Below are positions 1 to 8,772 of a stretch of DNA of 32,000 bases, one piece after another (position 1 is the first letter of the stretch; the number at the start of each line of letters is the position of its first letter). The translations under genes were made by a program, and so were the position numbers. The stretch is from positions 840,001 through 872,000 of the forward strand of contig NZ_AP012549.1 of NCBI RefSeq assembly GCF_000829235.1, read 5' to 3'. The notes beneath the pieces are model-generated. The model did no database searches, was not told the DNA's origin, and saw nothing but the letters and a program-made list of their open reading frames with translations. Origin of the DNA: a cyanobacterium endosymbiont of Epithemia turgida isolate EtSB Lake Yunoko (GTDB lineage Bacteria > Cyanobacteriota > Cyanobacteriia > Cyanobacteriales > Microcystaceae).

Positions 1-2
1 TA

Positions 3-593
3 ATGGTGGAACTGTTAGCCGCCATTCCTAGTGTGGTGTATGGGCTATGGGGTATTTTTGTCCTAATTCCCACTATCAACCCTATTAGTTCCTGGTTACA
101 CAACAACTTTAGCTGGGTACCTTTTTTTGCCACCCCTCCTGCTGGACCTGGAATGTTACCTGCAGGAATTGTCCTTGCTATTATGATTCTTCCTATTATT
201 ACTGCAGTTTCCCGTGATTCTTTAGCTTCTTTGCCCCCTGAATTACGCCAAGCTTCTTTAAGCTTGGGAGCAACCCGTTGGGAAACAATTTTTCGTGTGT
301 TGATTCCGTCAGCTATTTCAGGAATTGTTGGGGGAATTATGTTAGCTCTCGGTCGTGCCATGGGGGAAACTATGGCAGTTACGATGATTATCGGGAATGC
401 TAATAAAATCAGCATCTCTCTACTCGAACCAGCAAACACTATCTCTTCTCTTTTAGCCAACCAATTTGCTGAAGCATCAGGAATGCAGGTTGCTGCCCTG
501 ATGTATGCTGCTTTGGTCTTAATGGTTTTGACCTTAATTGTTAATGTTGCAGCCGATTGCATTGTAACTCAGGTGCGAGCCAAGTATCAGTAA
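3..593 (+). CDS. pstC: Phosphate ABC transporter permease PstC, C-terminal 196 codons (5' end lies outside the window)
   Basis: The ORF is open to the window edge and the product is a multi-TM protein. It has a permease EAA-type loop (LSLGATRWETIFRVLIPSAISGIVGG...GRAMGETMAV). pstA and two pstB genes follow directly. Confidence 0.9.
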   Translation: MVELLAAIPSVVYGLWGIFVLIPTINPISSWLHNNFSWVPFFATPPAGPGMLPAGIVLAIMILPIITAVSRDSLASLPPELRQASLSLGATRWETIFRVLIPSAISGIVGGIMLALGRAMGETMAVTMIIGNANKISISLLEPANTISSLLANQFAEASGMQVAALMYAALVLMVLTLIVNVAADCIVTQVRAKYQ

Positions 594-694
594 TAGACAA
601 ATAGCAAAAATTAAGCTTTCTATCCTCTGTCTCTAGCGTTTTACTTTTTTAAAAAAATGACTGATTCAAGCACAACCGAGATTAGTTTAAGTAT

Positions 695-703
695 AAAAAA
701 AAA
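695..703 (+). other. A9 homopolymer at the junction of the two reading frames of the pstA 5' region
   Basis: Direct reading gives gtat-aaaaaaaaa-ctagg. The frame from ATG 657 stops at 705-707. The pstA frame is open from 686. Confidence 0.9.
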
Positions 704-760
704 CTAGGCAGTCCCCGGGCTATATTTAATAGTTTATGGACGTTTTTAACCTTTTTATGT

Positions 761-1540
761 ATGATTATCACTTTGATACCATTGTTTTCGGTTCTTATCT
801 TCGTGATGTTTCAGGGATTAGAACAAGTTAACCTGGATTTATTTACTAAGCTTCCCCCACCGCCTGGATTGTCACAAGGAGGTATTGCTAACGCTATTCT
901 TGGCACTTTACTAACTGTAGGTTTAGCGACTCTTATTTCTGTTCCTATTGGGGTACTCACTGCCGTTTATCTATCGGAATTTAGCGCAGGGAATCAAATG
1001 GCCCGTTGGGTTCGTTTTGCAACCAATGTTCTCAGTGGAGTTCCTTCAATTATTGCTGGCATTTTCGCTTATGGTTTATTAGTTTCAACAAAAATTGTAG
1101 GGTTTTCTGCCGTTGCAGGAGGAGTAGCTTTAGCTGTATCAATGTTACCAACTATTATCCGGACGACCGATGAAGCCTTACAACTTATTCCTCAAGAAAT
1201 CCGTTGGGCGGCCTTTGGACTGGGAGCTTATAATTACCAAACAGTCTTAAAAGTTGTTCTTCCCGCGGCTGTTCCTGCTATTTTAACTGGGGTAACCTTA
1301 GCGATTGCCCGTGCTGCAGGAGAAACCGCTCCTTTAATTTTTACTGCTTTGTTTTCTAACTTTTGGCCTAAGGGCATCTTTGAACCTATTGCCACTCTAT
1401 CAGTGTTAGTTTATAACTATGCCATTGTCCCTTTTAAGCCCCAACAAGAATTAGCCTGGGCAGGGTCCTTAATTTTGGTCTTGTTAGTTTTAATTACCAA
1501 TGTGGCTGCTCGTTGGGCAACTCGACAGAAAACTCATTAA
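761..1540 (+). CDS. pstA: Phosphate ABC transporter permease PstA. This is the annotated ATG-761 form; the ancestral N-terminus appears to start at 657 and is displaced by a frameshift in an A9 run (see findings).
   Basis: The product is TM-rich and carries PstA-typical motifs (IRTTDEALQLIPQEIRWAAFGLGA, IARAAGETAPLIFTALFSNFW, QQELAWAGSLILVLLV). It sits between pstC and pstB. The same frame is open from 686 and encodes KKKLGSPRAIFNSLWTFLTFLC ahead of Met-761. Confidence 0.85.
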   Translation: MIITLIPLFSVLIFVMFQGLEQVNLDLFTKLPPPPGLSQGGIANAILGTLLTVGLATLISVPIGVLTAVYLSEFSAGNQMARWVRFATNVLSGVPSIIAGIFAYGLLVSTKIVGFSAVAGGVALAVSMLPTIIRTTDEALQLIPQEIRWAAFGLGAYNYQTVLKVVLPAAVPAILTGVTLAIARAAGETAPLIFTALFSNFWPKGIFEPIATLSVLVYNYAIVPFKPQQELAWAGSLILVLLVLITNVAARWATRQKTH

Positions 1541-1576
1541 TTGATAGTGAACAGTTAATAGTAGTAGAGGACTTTG

Positions 1577-2386
1577 ATGATAGATAACGAGATTTCGGAT
1601 TCTATTAAGACAGAGACAGTTTTTAGCTTAGAAAATGTTGATATCTTCTATGGAGATTATCACGCGGTTAGAGATGTTACTTTTACCATTCCTAAAAACC
1701 AAGTAACTGCTTTTATCGGTCCTTCAGGGTGTGGAAAAAGCACTATTCTACGGTGTTTAAATCGACTCAACGATTTAAACGAAATCTTTCGCCTAACGGG
1801 AACTATTTCCTATCATGGACAAGATCTCTATGCACCTGATATTGATTCTGTAGAAGTAAGAAAACGGATCGGAATGGTCTTCCAAAAACCTAATCCTTTC
1901 CCAAAAACTATTTACGATAACATCGTTTACGGAGCGAGAATAAATAATTACGAGGGAGATCTTGATGAATTAGTAGAGACTTCCCTAAAAAGAGTTGCCC
2001 TTTGGGATGAAGTTAAAGATAAATTAAAGCAGAGTGGACTTGCTTTATCAGGGGGACAACAACAACGTCTGTGTATTGCGAGAACTATTGCTGCTCAACC
2101 AGAAGTTGTTCTAATGGACGAACCCTGCTCAGCTCTTGACCCTATTTCGACCTTAAAAGTGGAAGAATTAATGCACGAACTTAAGGAACAGTACACTATT
2201 GTAATTGTCACTCACAACATGCAGCAAGCAACACGAGTAGCTGACTTAACCGCTTTTTTTAATACAGAAGCAGCTGAGAAAGGAAGCAAGATCGGTTATC
2301 TTGTAGAATACGATACAACCCAGATTATTTTTGGTAGTCCTCATCAACAAGATACTAAAGATTATATTAGCGGCCGGTTTGGTTAG
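1577..2386 (+). CDS. pstB: Phosphate ABC transporter ATP-binding protein PstB (copy 1)
   Basis: Walker [10 protein letters not shown], signature [13 protein letters not shown], Walker B VVLMDEP, H-loop [11 protein letters not shown] 1577 has AGAGGA 5-6 nt upstream. The ORF track starts one codon earlier, at TTG 1574. Confidence 0.95.
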   Translation: MIDNEISDSIKTETVFSLENVDIFYGDYHAVRDVTFTIPKNQVTAFIGPSGCGKSTILRCLNRLNDLNEIFRLTGTISYHGQDLYAPDIDSVEVRKRIGMVFQKPNPFPKTIYDNIVYGARINNYEGDLDELVETSLKRVALWDEVKDKLKQSGLALSGGQQQRLCIARTIAAQPEVVLMDEPCSALDPISTLKVEELMHELKEQYTIVIVTHNMQQATRVADLTAFFNTEAAEKGSKIGYLVEYDTTQIIFGSPHQQDTKDYISGRFG

Positions 2387-2488
2387 ACAAAATGAAGAGA
2401 GGAAAGTAGAAAAGTAGGTAAAAACTGTATAGTTAATTTGTACAAACTTCAATATTGTCTCTATTGTAGGGGGGTACAACAAAAAATT

Positions 2489-3283
2489 ATGGTAGCTGAT
2501 GTAGCAACAGAAACAGTCTTGAAAACCCAAAAACTTAATGTTTTTTACGGTACTAATTTGGCAGTCAGAGAGGTTTCTATAGAGATTCCCAAAAATAAAG
2601 TTGTAGCTTTCATTGGCCCTTCAGGTTGTGGAAAAAGTACTGTTCTCCGCTGTTTTAATCGGATGAACGATCTAATCCCCAGTGCTAGGATTGATGGTAC
2701 AATAACCTTTAAAGGAAACAATATTTATGCCGATAAAGTTGATCCTATAGACTTACGTTGTCGCATTGGCATGGTATTTCAAAAGCCAAATCCTTTTCCC
2801 AAATCTATTTACGAAAATATTGCGTTTGGGGCAAGAATAAATGGATTTAAGGGGGATATGGATGAATTGGTAGAAATATCTTTGAAAAAAGCTGTAATAT
2901 GGGATGAAACTAAAGATAAATTAAAGCAAAGTGGACTTGCTTTATCCGGAGGACAACAACAACGTCTGTGTATTGCGAGAACCATCGCCGTCAAACCAGA
3001 AGTAATCTTGATGGATGAACCATGTGCCGCCCTTGATCCCATTTCCACCCTTAAAATCGAAGAACTAATTCACGAATTGAAGCAACAATACACTATTGTT
3101 ATTGTTACTCACAATATGCAACAAGCATCACGGATATCTGACTTTACTGCCTTTTATAATGTAGAAGTTACTGACAAAAAAGAAAAAGTAGGGTATTTAG
3201 CAGAATATGACGAAACAGAGATTGTTTTTCAAAATCCTGCCCAGGAAACAACTAGGGATTACGTAAGTGGACGGTTTGGTTAA
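2489..3283 (+). CDS. pstB: Phosphate ABC transporter ATP-binding protein PstB (copy 2, tandem paralog)
   Basis: It has the same motif set as copy 1 ([36 protein letters not shown]). ATG 2489 ([12 protein letters not shown]...) aligns with the copy 1 N-terminus. The track start at TTG 2438 adds 17 unlikely residues. Confidence 0.93.
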   Translation: MVADVATETVLKTQKLNVFYGTNLAVREVSIEIPKNKVVAFIGPSGCGKSTVLRCFNRMNDLIPSARIDGTITFKGNNIYADKVDPIDLRCRIGMVFQKPNPFPKSIYENIAFGARINGFKGDMDELVEISLKKAVIWDETKDKLKQSGLALSGGQQQRLCIARTIAVKPEVILMDEPCAALDPISTLKIEELIHELKQQYTIVIVTHNMQQASRISDFTAFYNVEVTDKKEKVGYLAEYDETEIVFQNPAQETTRDYVSGRFG

Positions 3284-3304
3284 AACTGAGATAGGCTCTC
3301 AGTT
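3284..3304 (+). terminator. Weak candidate terminator hairpin directly after pstB copy 2
   Basis: The stem aactgaga / tctcagtt is 8 bp with loop taggc and starts 1 nt after the stop codon. No U-tract follows, so support is weak. Confidence 0.25.
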
Positions 3305-3489
3305 GACTTATGGCACTTAAAAAATCCGATACTTTGCCGAGTGGATTAGACACCCTTTAGTATTAAGGAATAATGAATAAGTTTTTATCTGTACCGTAAT
3401 TGGACACAGTGGGTATTGTAGATAATTGTACTGTTTATACCCAACTTTTGAAATAGATAAATTGCTCTACAGCAGATCAAAATAAGAGA

Positions 3490-4012
3490 TAAGAAAACTA
3501 ACCTGGATACTTTTTATTGTTACTTTTTTCGAGCAAAACAGTTTCATCAGATTAATGATAAATTTCAAATAATATTAAGTAATATATCCTCTTTTGATAA
3601 AGTTTTATAAATATCTAATATTTAGACCTTTTTCCTTTACCAAGGAGTTTCCACTGTTCATATTTTTAATTAATTTTCTTCGTTGTTTGAGGTTTCGATA
3701 GTTCCATTTTTCTAAAGTTATCTAAGCATTATCAGGGTCTCTATCTGCGCTATTAGGGAACCTAAAATCTTTTAATAAATCAAAAGTAGTCTTTAAATGA
3801 TTATTTTGATCTCAGTTCCACAGTTTTGCCGTAGTTCTAAAATTTTTCTCCTGTTCCTTCTCAGAGAATGGCATAATTATCGGGTGTCCGTCGAGATGTT
3901 TTTAAACTGTCAATCTTGGTTATCTTGGCAAAGTTGATATAATTGTTTATCAGTAAGTTTAAAGAACTCAACCCTAACTTCTAGATGATTAAGCATCGTT
4001 TATATTTCTTCT
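3490..4012 (-). pseudogene. Degraded Uma2-family (DUF820) putative endonuclease pseudogene
   Basis: The minus strand reads VEFFKLTDKQLYQLCQDNQDL / TV*KHLDGHPIIMPFSEKEQEKNFRTTAKLWN*DQNNHLKTTFDLLKDFRFPNSADRDPDNA*ITLEKWNYRNLKQRRKL. This follows the Uma2 pattern (..ERT..GE.IIM.PTG.ETG.RNF.LT.QL..W..FDSSTGF.LPNGA.RSPDA.WI..ERW..L) but is broken by a frameshift and several in-frame stops. Confidence 0.5.
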
Positions 4013-4036
4013 CATCGCTATATTAAATATTAATTT

Positions 4037-5098
4037 TCAGTCTTTTTTAGTACTTACTATAGATTCAATCGCCTGTAGTAGGTTTTCCTGAGTCCATTGA
4101 TATGATAAGCTAGCGGCGATTGCACATCCCCGAGACCCGACGCCCTCTTTAACAAATCCTTGTTCATACACTGATCATTGAGGATAGAAAGACTTAGTAA
4201 AACTCAACTGAGTCCCTAAGAGGAAAACTTCACTGATCATCTTAGCTAATCCTACTGTATCCTCTGTAGAGTATTCGGCGACAAAACAAGTTTTTTCTAC
4301 AATAATTTGGTCTAGATTAGCTTTTTTTGGAAATTTTTGACAATTGCCTTGATAAAAGCATAGACCGTTAACATTTTGCTCCCTCCAGCTAAAAGTATCC
4401 TTATCCGATGGCTAGCGGTGATTGCCATATTTGCGGCGGCAACAAAATAAAAGAGACTAATCGGCTGTAAAATAGGGTAAATTACGGCTTTAGTAAGTTC
4501 CATCTCAACAACAGACCATTTTTGCTTATGATTGCATTTAGAATCACTACTATTAACTTTTTTAATTACATTGCAACCTAATCCTGTTAGAATCTACAGG
4601 GCAGTAGTAGTTCCTCCCACAACACATTCACTCAGAATCAAATAAGAATTTGGGTATTTTTTAGCCCTTTTTTCTCCCTATTCTAGCCCTTGCTGAAATA
4701 GATGATTAATGACAGTTAAAGGTAAGGCTTTTCCTGTTGTGACACGATTGGCACTAACACCTTTTAAATGAAAATTAGGAACAGGGAGAAGAAACGGTAA
4801 ATAGACATTAAACAGATAAATAGGAGTAAATATTAAGATTTTCTAGAATAGCGCGGGTAATAAATACTGGTGAAACTCCTTTAGTTAAGGGAGGGAAAGG
4901 ATGTTGATAATGAGATTTAATCCCCTTAAATAAAAATTCTGTATCCGCAATCGCGGTATATTTTCGGTCTTCTGGCGTAGCCCAGCAGCAGAAACTCCTG
5001 GGATTAATCCTGTGGATGTAAACCCTAAAATGCAAGCAAAAACTGGGTCATAGGTTTGATGAGATTCCAGCCATTGTTCACCTTTTTTTGTTGTGCAT
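4037..5098 (-). pseudogene. cobT: Pseudogene of a CobT-type (TIGR00303/UPF0284) nicotinate-nucleotide--dimethylbenzimidazole phosphoribosyltransferase
   Basis: The fragments span the full length and are colinear. They read MHNKK(fs)GEQWLESHQTYDPVFACILGFTSTGLIPGVSAAG(fs)ATPEDRKYTAIADTEFLFKG...PLTKGVSPVFITRAILENLNI(fs)...YLILSECVVGGTTTAL*ILTGLGCNVIKKVNSSDSKCNHKQKW...ILLAGGSKMLTVYAF...(fs)IIVEKTCFVAEYSTEDTVGLAKMI...YPQ*SVYEQGFVKEGVGSRGCAIAAS. There are at least 4 frameshifts (near 5083-5089, 4980-4984, 4805-4812 and 4312-4325). There are also 3 in-frame stops (4678-4680, 4594-4596 and 4175-4177). Confidence 0.85.
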
Positions 5099-5187
5099 AA
5101 ACTTGAATAACTGATTTTTAAACACCCATTTAAAAAATAAATTCATGAATTAACTTTTACTTTCTTGAGAAATTCAGTAATTACTTA

Positions 5188-5967
5188 TTACCTATAATTT
5201 AAAATTATTTGTATCCATCTAGGAGGTTTAGAAATAGGATTTCCTAGTTTTTCTAAAACTAATAAGGCAACTAAATGAACAGCAGATAAATAAATTAAAC
5301 TATTTAAAATAACCATTCCAATAGTGAGTAACTGAATGAAATAAAAACTAGGTTGAGATAAAATTCCTAATTTAATAAATAACCATTGAGCCAATTGAGT
5401 GAATTGAATAATCATATACTGCCATAAATCTTCTCCTAATAAAATTGAAAATAGCCAGAAACGAAAAAAGAAGCCGAATGTCCCAATCAACGCCCCTGTC
5501 ACCATAGAAAATAGCCAATTTGTCTTACGTCGCCAACAATATCCTAATTGAACCCCCATCAAGCCATAGGGCATCACAAAAATAACACTACGGGTAGGCC
5601 CCATTAACACTGTTAATAGTAACCCAGATACTAATGCTCCCATCCAAGCGGCGCGATATCCCCATCGTAGATAAATTAAAGCAATAGGAATAGGAAAGAA
5701 AATCTTTAAAAAAGGACCGATGGGAAAATAATAATTAATCAACCAAATCAAGCTACAAACACTAGCTAAAAAAGCTGTTTCCACCATTGCTAGAGTGCTA
5801 CTTTTTTTAATTTTAGACAGGGATAAATGTTGAATATTTTTGAGGTTAGACGGAGGCGCAGTAACTTTTTCTTGAGGGTCATCATCAACCCAATTAGAAT
5901 CACTATTAGTTAAAGCCTTAGATTCCCAATCAGATTCTGGATTAGCATTATCAGAAGAGTAGTTCAT
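5188..5967 (-). CDS. Polytopic inner-membrane protein, DUF2232-like, conserved in cyanobacteria; function unknown
   Basis: 259-aa ORF with an ATG start. It has an acidic N-terminal tail followed by about 6 hydrophobic helices (MVETAFLASVCSLIWLINYYFPIGPFLKIFFPIPIALIYLRWG...). The family assignment is from memory of similar cyanobacterial proteins and has not been searched. Confidence 0.7.
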   Translation of the reverse strand: MNYSSDNANPESDWESKALTNSDSNWVDDDPQEKVTAPPSNLKNIQHLSLSKIKKSSTLAMVETAFLASVCSLIWLINYYFPIGPFLKIFFPIPIALIYLRWGYRAAWMGALVSGLLLTVLMGPTRSVIFVMPYGLMGVQLGYCWRRKTNWLFSMVTGALIGTFGFFFRFWLFSILLGEDLWQYMIIQFTQLAQWLFIKLGILSQPSFYFIQLLTIGMVILNSLIYLSAVHLVALLVLEKLGNPISKPPRWIQIILNYR

Positions 5968-6931
5968 GTTTAAAAATTATCTCATTGTAATTACAAGAAA
6001 AACTTAAGTGATAATCTGTTCTAAGTAATACATATTTTAATTATTCTAGACTTAGTCTAATACATGTTAACAACTAATAACTTTTAAAACTATTATTGTA
6101 AGCGCATTTTATAATTTTTAAAAATTGATTGCTGCAACAATTAAATCCTTAAAATTTTGAAACACTTGAAAAGTAATACTTTCAGTTTTTTAAATTATGA
6201 TGTTGTCACGGCTAGTCTAGCCAAGACTGTATTATCAATACACAGAATATCGTATTCTCGTAATTAAACCTTTTTTTCTCCTTTGGTAAGTGACTGCGTT
6301 ACGGGTTTCCTCGCTAATTCACTAATACTAACTAATCCTCGATGAGGTAAGTCAGCAATTTTTATGTCGTGTTTAGTTGTTGCTTCTCGTCCATTTACTG
6401 AGAATAACAGAGTATCAGCTATCCGCGATGAATTACTGGGTTCGCGTAAACACAGTCGTCGGTTCAGTTACCATACATATACATTTAGCAATCACTTGTG
6501 TCAAAGAAATGCCTATTACTAGAATGTCTATTACTAGATTGTTATAAAAAAGACTAATAAATTTTGGGGTAGGAATACTGCTAACAGTCATAGTTGTTAG
6601 GGCAACAACACCTGTGGAATGAGAAATCTCTTCTAAAGTAGTTATTTATCCTCTACCTATGAGATATGAAAGTAACTTCTTTTACTTCAACACTATAGAT
6701 ATAGATTTTTACTCAAAATTCTCAAATGAAATGAACCGGGCTACCCAATTATTTTACAAAAATCTTTAATATCAATGTTTTCATGATAGTGGTGTTTTTT
6801 ATTTAATGCTCAAGCGAATTTTTGATCTATCTGTTATGCTAAGCCTAGCAAAAATTGTCAGCCTGATTGTTAACTTTTAAAAGTTAGTTTGTTCTATTTA
6901 ATCTTTTTTATGAGATCTTTAGCGAGTAACT

Positions 6932-8689
6932 GTGATTTTTCAAGACGATCTTGCCATTTTGATTGCTGACCTTGAGGAAATTCTTTGGGATAGTCAGTTA
7001 TCAGACGATTCAGTCCTGTTAGCTTTCTTAGAGAGAGTACGATATTATTTACTCACTCATCAGTCTTATAAGAAGCCTGAAAATTATCAAAAAAGGACTG
7101 AAAGACTAATCGAAGATGTTTTAAAAAGACTGGAGACCCCAATAATACTCTGGGTACAATCCGTGGAAAATGACCTAGAGAATTTACGCGACCAAAGACA
7201 GTCTCTGCTTCAAGAAATTCGGCAGTTAGAATATAAACGACAACAAATGATGTCTGAATTTTTAGAAAAGTTAACTATCGGTTGCACTCAAGTTATCGAA
7301 GGACAATTTTCTAATTCTCAAAAAAGTGACTGTTTCGGTAAAGGTTACTTAAACAATCTCTCAGTTTCTCCCGAAATGTCTTCAGAAAGGTTAATCGGTC
7401 ATATAGATTTGGACCTAAAAAAATTTTTAGACAGTCTTAAACAAGACTTACAAACCTATTCCGATTGTTTAGCTCAAGGAATCGAACATAGTTTTGAAGG
7501 GCGGAGGGAAGCTAAATTTCTGGACTATTATAATCACTTGCAGCAACAATTAGAAACAACGGCGGATAGAACTACTCTAACTTCGTCACTTCCTGAACAA
7601 TCTACCAGGGTAAAGTCTACTCGGGAAAGATGGTTTTTAGGAATTGATTTAACTTCTGAGCAACTGACATCTGTTTTATTGAAATTTAGCCCTACAACCA
7701 ATCCTAATGCAGTAATTTCTACTTTAGAAGAAACAGTTAACCTTTCGTCGGTTACATCAGAAGATGTAATGAGTCCTTTAGCCACATGGAAACTAGCTTT
7801 AAAGACTCTCAAAGCTCAGTTAATGGCTCAAACAACCTCTTTTACTCTAGGGGAAACACAATATTCTGTAGCTCAGATCATGAATGAATTGCAGGGAATT
7901 ATTGTAGTTTGTCCTGGTCAATGGAATTTGGTTGATCGCACCCATCTTCAAAGTCTAATTTTAGATACTTACTCGTTGTCAACTTCAGATCAGATTGTCT
8001 GGGTCCCTAAAGCAATCGCTGTTGCTTTTAGTTATCTTTCTCCTGCTGAAACAACTAGAAATACCTTAATTATTGATGTAGAAGAAACTATAACAGAATT
8101 AGCTTTAGTGAATGTTAAAAATCCTTTTTCTAGTCTAATTAGTCGACAACTAACCTATGCTTTTAGCTCGATAGATCAAGATATTTTGTGTCAACTTATT
8201 TATCCCCAATGGCAATCTCAAATTACTAATATATCATCCCGTCTTCAATTATATTTTCCACAAGTGGGAAGTACTGACTTATTATTACGAGAAACTTTTA
8301 GTCAACATTTAAAAAATCATCCTTTAGGGAATACTTTTCTAGAAGTAGCTCAATTAACTCGACTTATTTTAAAACAACAAGATAGTTTTATTTCTTCGTT
8401 AGGAGAAAAATCTTGGGGCGTCACTCGTCAGGAATTTATACAGCAGATTACTACTCACTGGATCAAAAAAATAAATAAAACTTTAAATAATCTTTTTAGT
8501 TTAGGAGAAACTTCTCAATATGAAATAGGACAAATTATTCTTTGTGGAAAAGAAATAGAGACAGTTGATTATATTTTATATGCTTGGTTACAGAAAAAAT
8601 TTTTTAAAAAGCCTGTTATTTTAAAGCAAAAAAAACAATCAGAAAATAAATTAACCCAAGGATTGGTTTACATAACAAATTTTCTTTAA
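6932..8689 (+). CDS. Hypothetical 585-aa protein: N-terminal coiled coil followed by a degenerate Hsp70/actin-fold (ASKHA-like) domain
   Basis: A long ORF in very AT-rich DNA. Colinear Hsp70-like blocks carry replaced glycine loops: WFLGIDLTSEQLTSV (compare GIDLGTTNS), IIVVCPGQWNLVDRTHLQSLI (compare [20 protein letters not shown]), VWVPKAIAVAFSY (compare [12 protein letters not shown]), LIIDVEETITELALVNV (compare [15 protein letters not shown]) and IILCGKEIE (compare VLVGGSTR). The only possible start in frame is GTG 6932, because a stop lies at 6920-6922. Confidence 0.75.
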   Translation: MIFQDDLAILIADLEEILWDSQLSDDSVLLAFLERVRYYLLTHQSYKKPENYQKRTERLIEDVLKRLETPIILWVQSVENDLENLRDQRQSLLQEIRQLEYKRQQMMSEFLEKLTIGCTQVIEGQFSNSQKSDCFGKGYLNNLSVSPEMSSERLIGHIDLDLKKFLDSLKQDLQTYSDCLAQGIEHSFEGRREAKFLDYYNHLQQQLETTADRTTLTSSLPEQSTRVKSTRERWFLGIDLTSEQLTSVLLKFSPTTNPNAVISTLEETVNLSSVTSEDVMSPLATWKLALKTLKAQLMAQTTSFTLGETQYSVAQIMNELQGIIVVCPGQWNLVDRTHLQSLILDTYSLSTSDQIVWVPKAIAVAFSYLSPAETTRNTLIIDVEETITELALVNVKNPFSSLISRQLTYAFSSIDQDILCQLIYPQWQSQITNISSRLQLYFPQVGSTDLLLRETFSQHLKNHPLGNTFLEVAQLTRLILKQQDSFISSLGEKSWGVTRQEFIQQITTHWIKKINKTLNNLFSLGETSQYEIGQIILCGKEIETVDYILYAWLQKKFFKKPVILKQKKQSENKLTQGLVYITNFL

Positions 8690-8772
8690 ATAAACAATGC
8701 ACAACAGCCTACAGAGCTAGATTAATGCTAATTTTATTGTTCGTTATTAATATCTAGTATTTCTTTTCCAAA

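Noticed and set aside
2246-3048. Antisense ORFs 2246..2530 and 2809..3048 inside or between the pstB genes
   Set aside because: These are shadow ORFs opposite strongly supported ABC ATPase genes, and their composition is not protein-like.
4312-5035. ORFs 4312..4503 and 4808..5035 (minus) as independent small genes
   Set aside because: Both are colinear fragments of the single disrupted CobT-type gene (4037-5098). Neither has an independent start context.
6522-6548. Near-tandem duplication ctattactaga..ctattactaga
   Set aside because: It is a short 11-12 nt duplication inside a decayed coding remnant (it encodes LVID/LVIG on the minus strand). It is probably slippage debris and not a functional repeat.
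7534-7812. Antisense ORF within the 585-aa gene
   Set aside because: It is a shadow ORF with no independent support.
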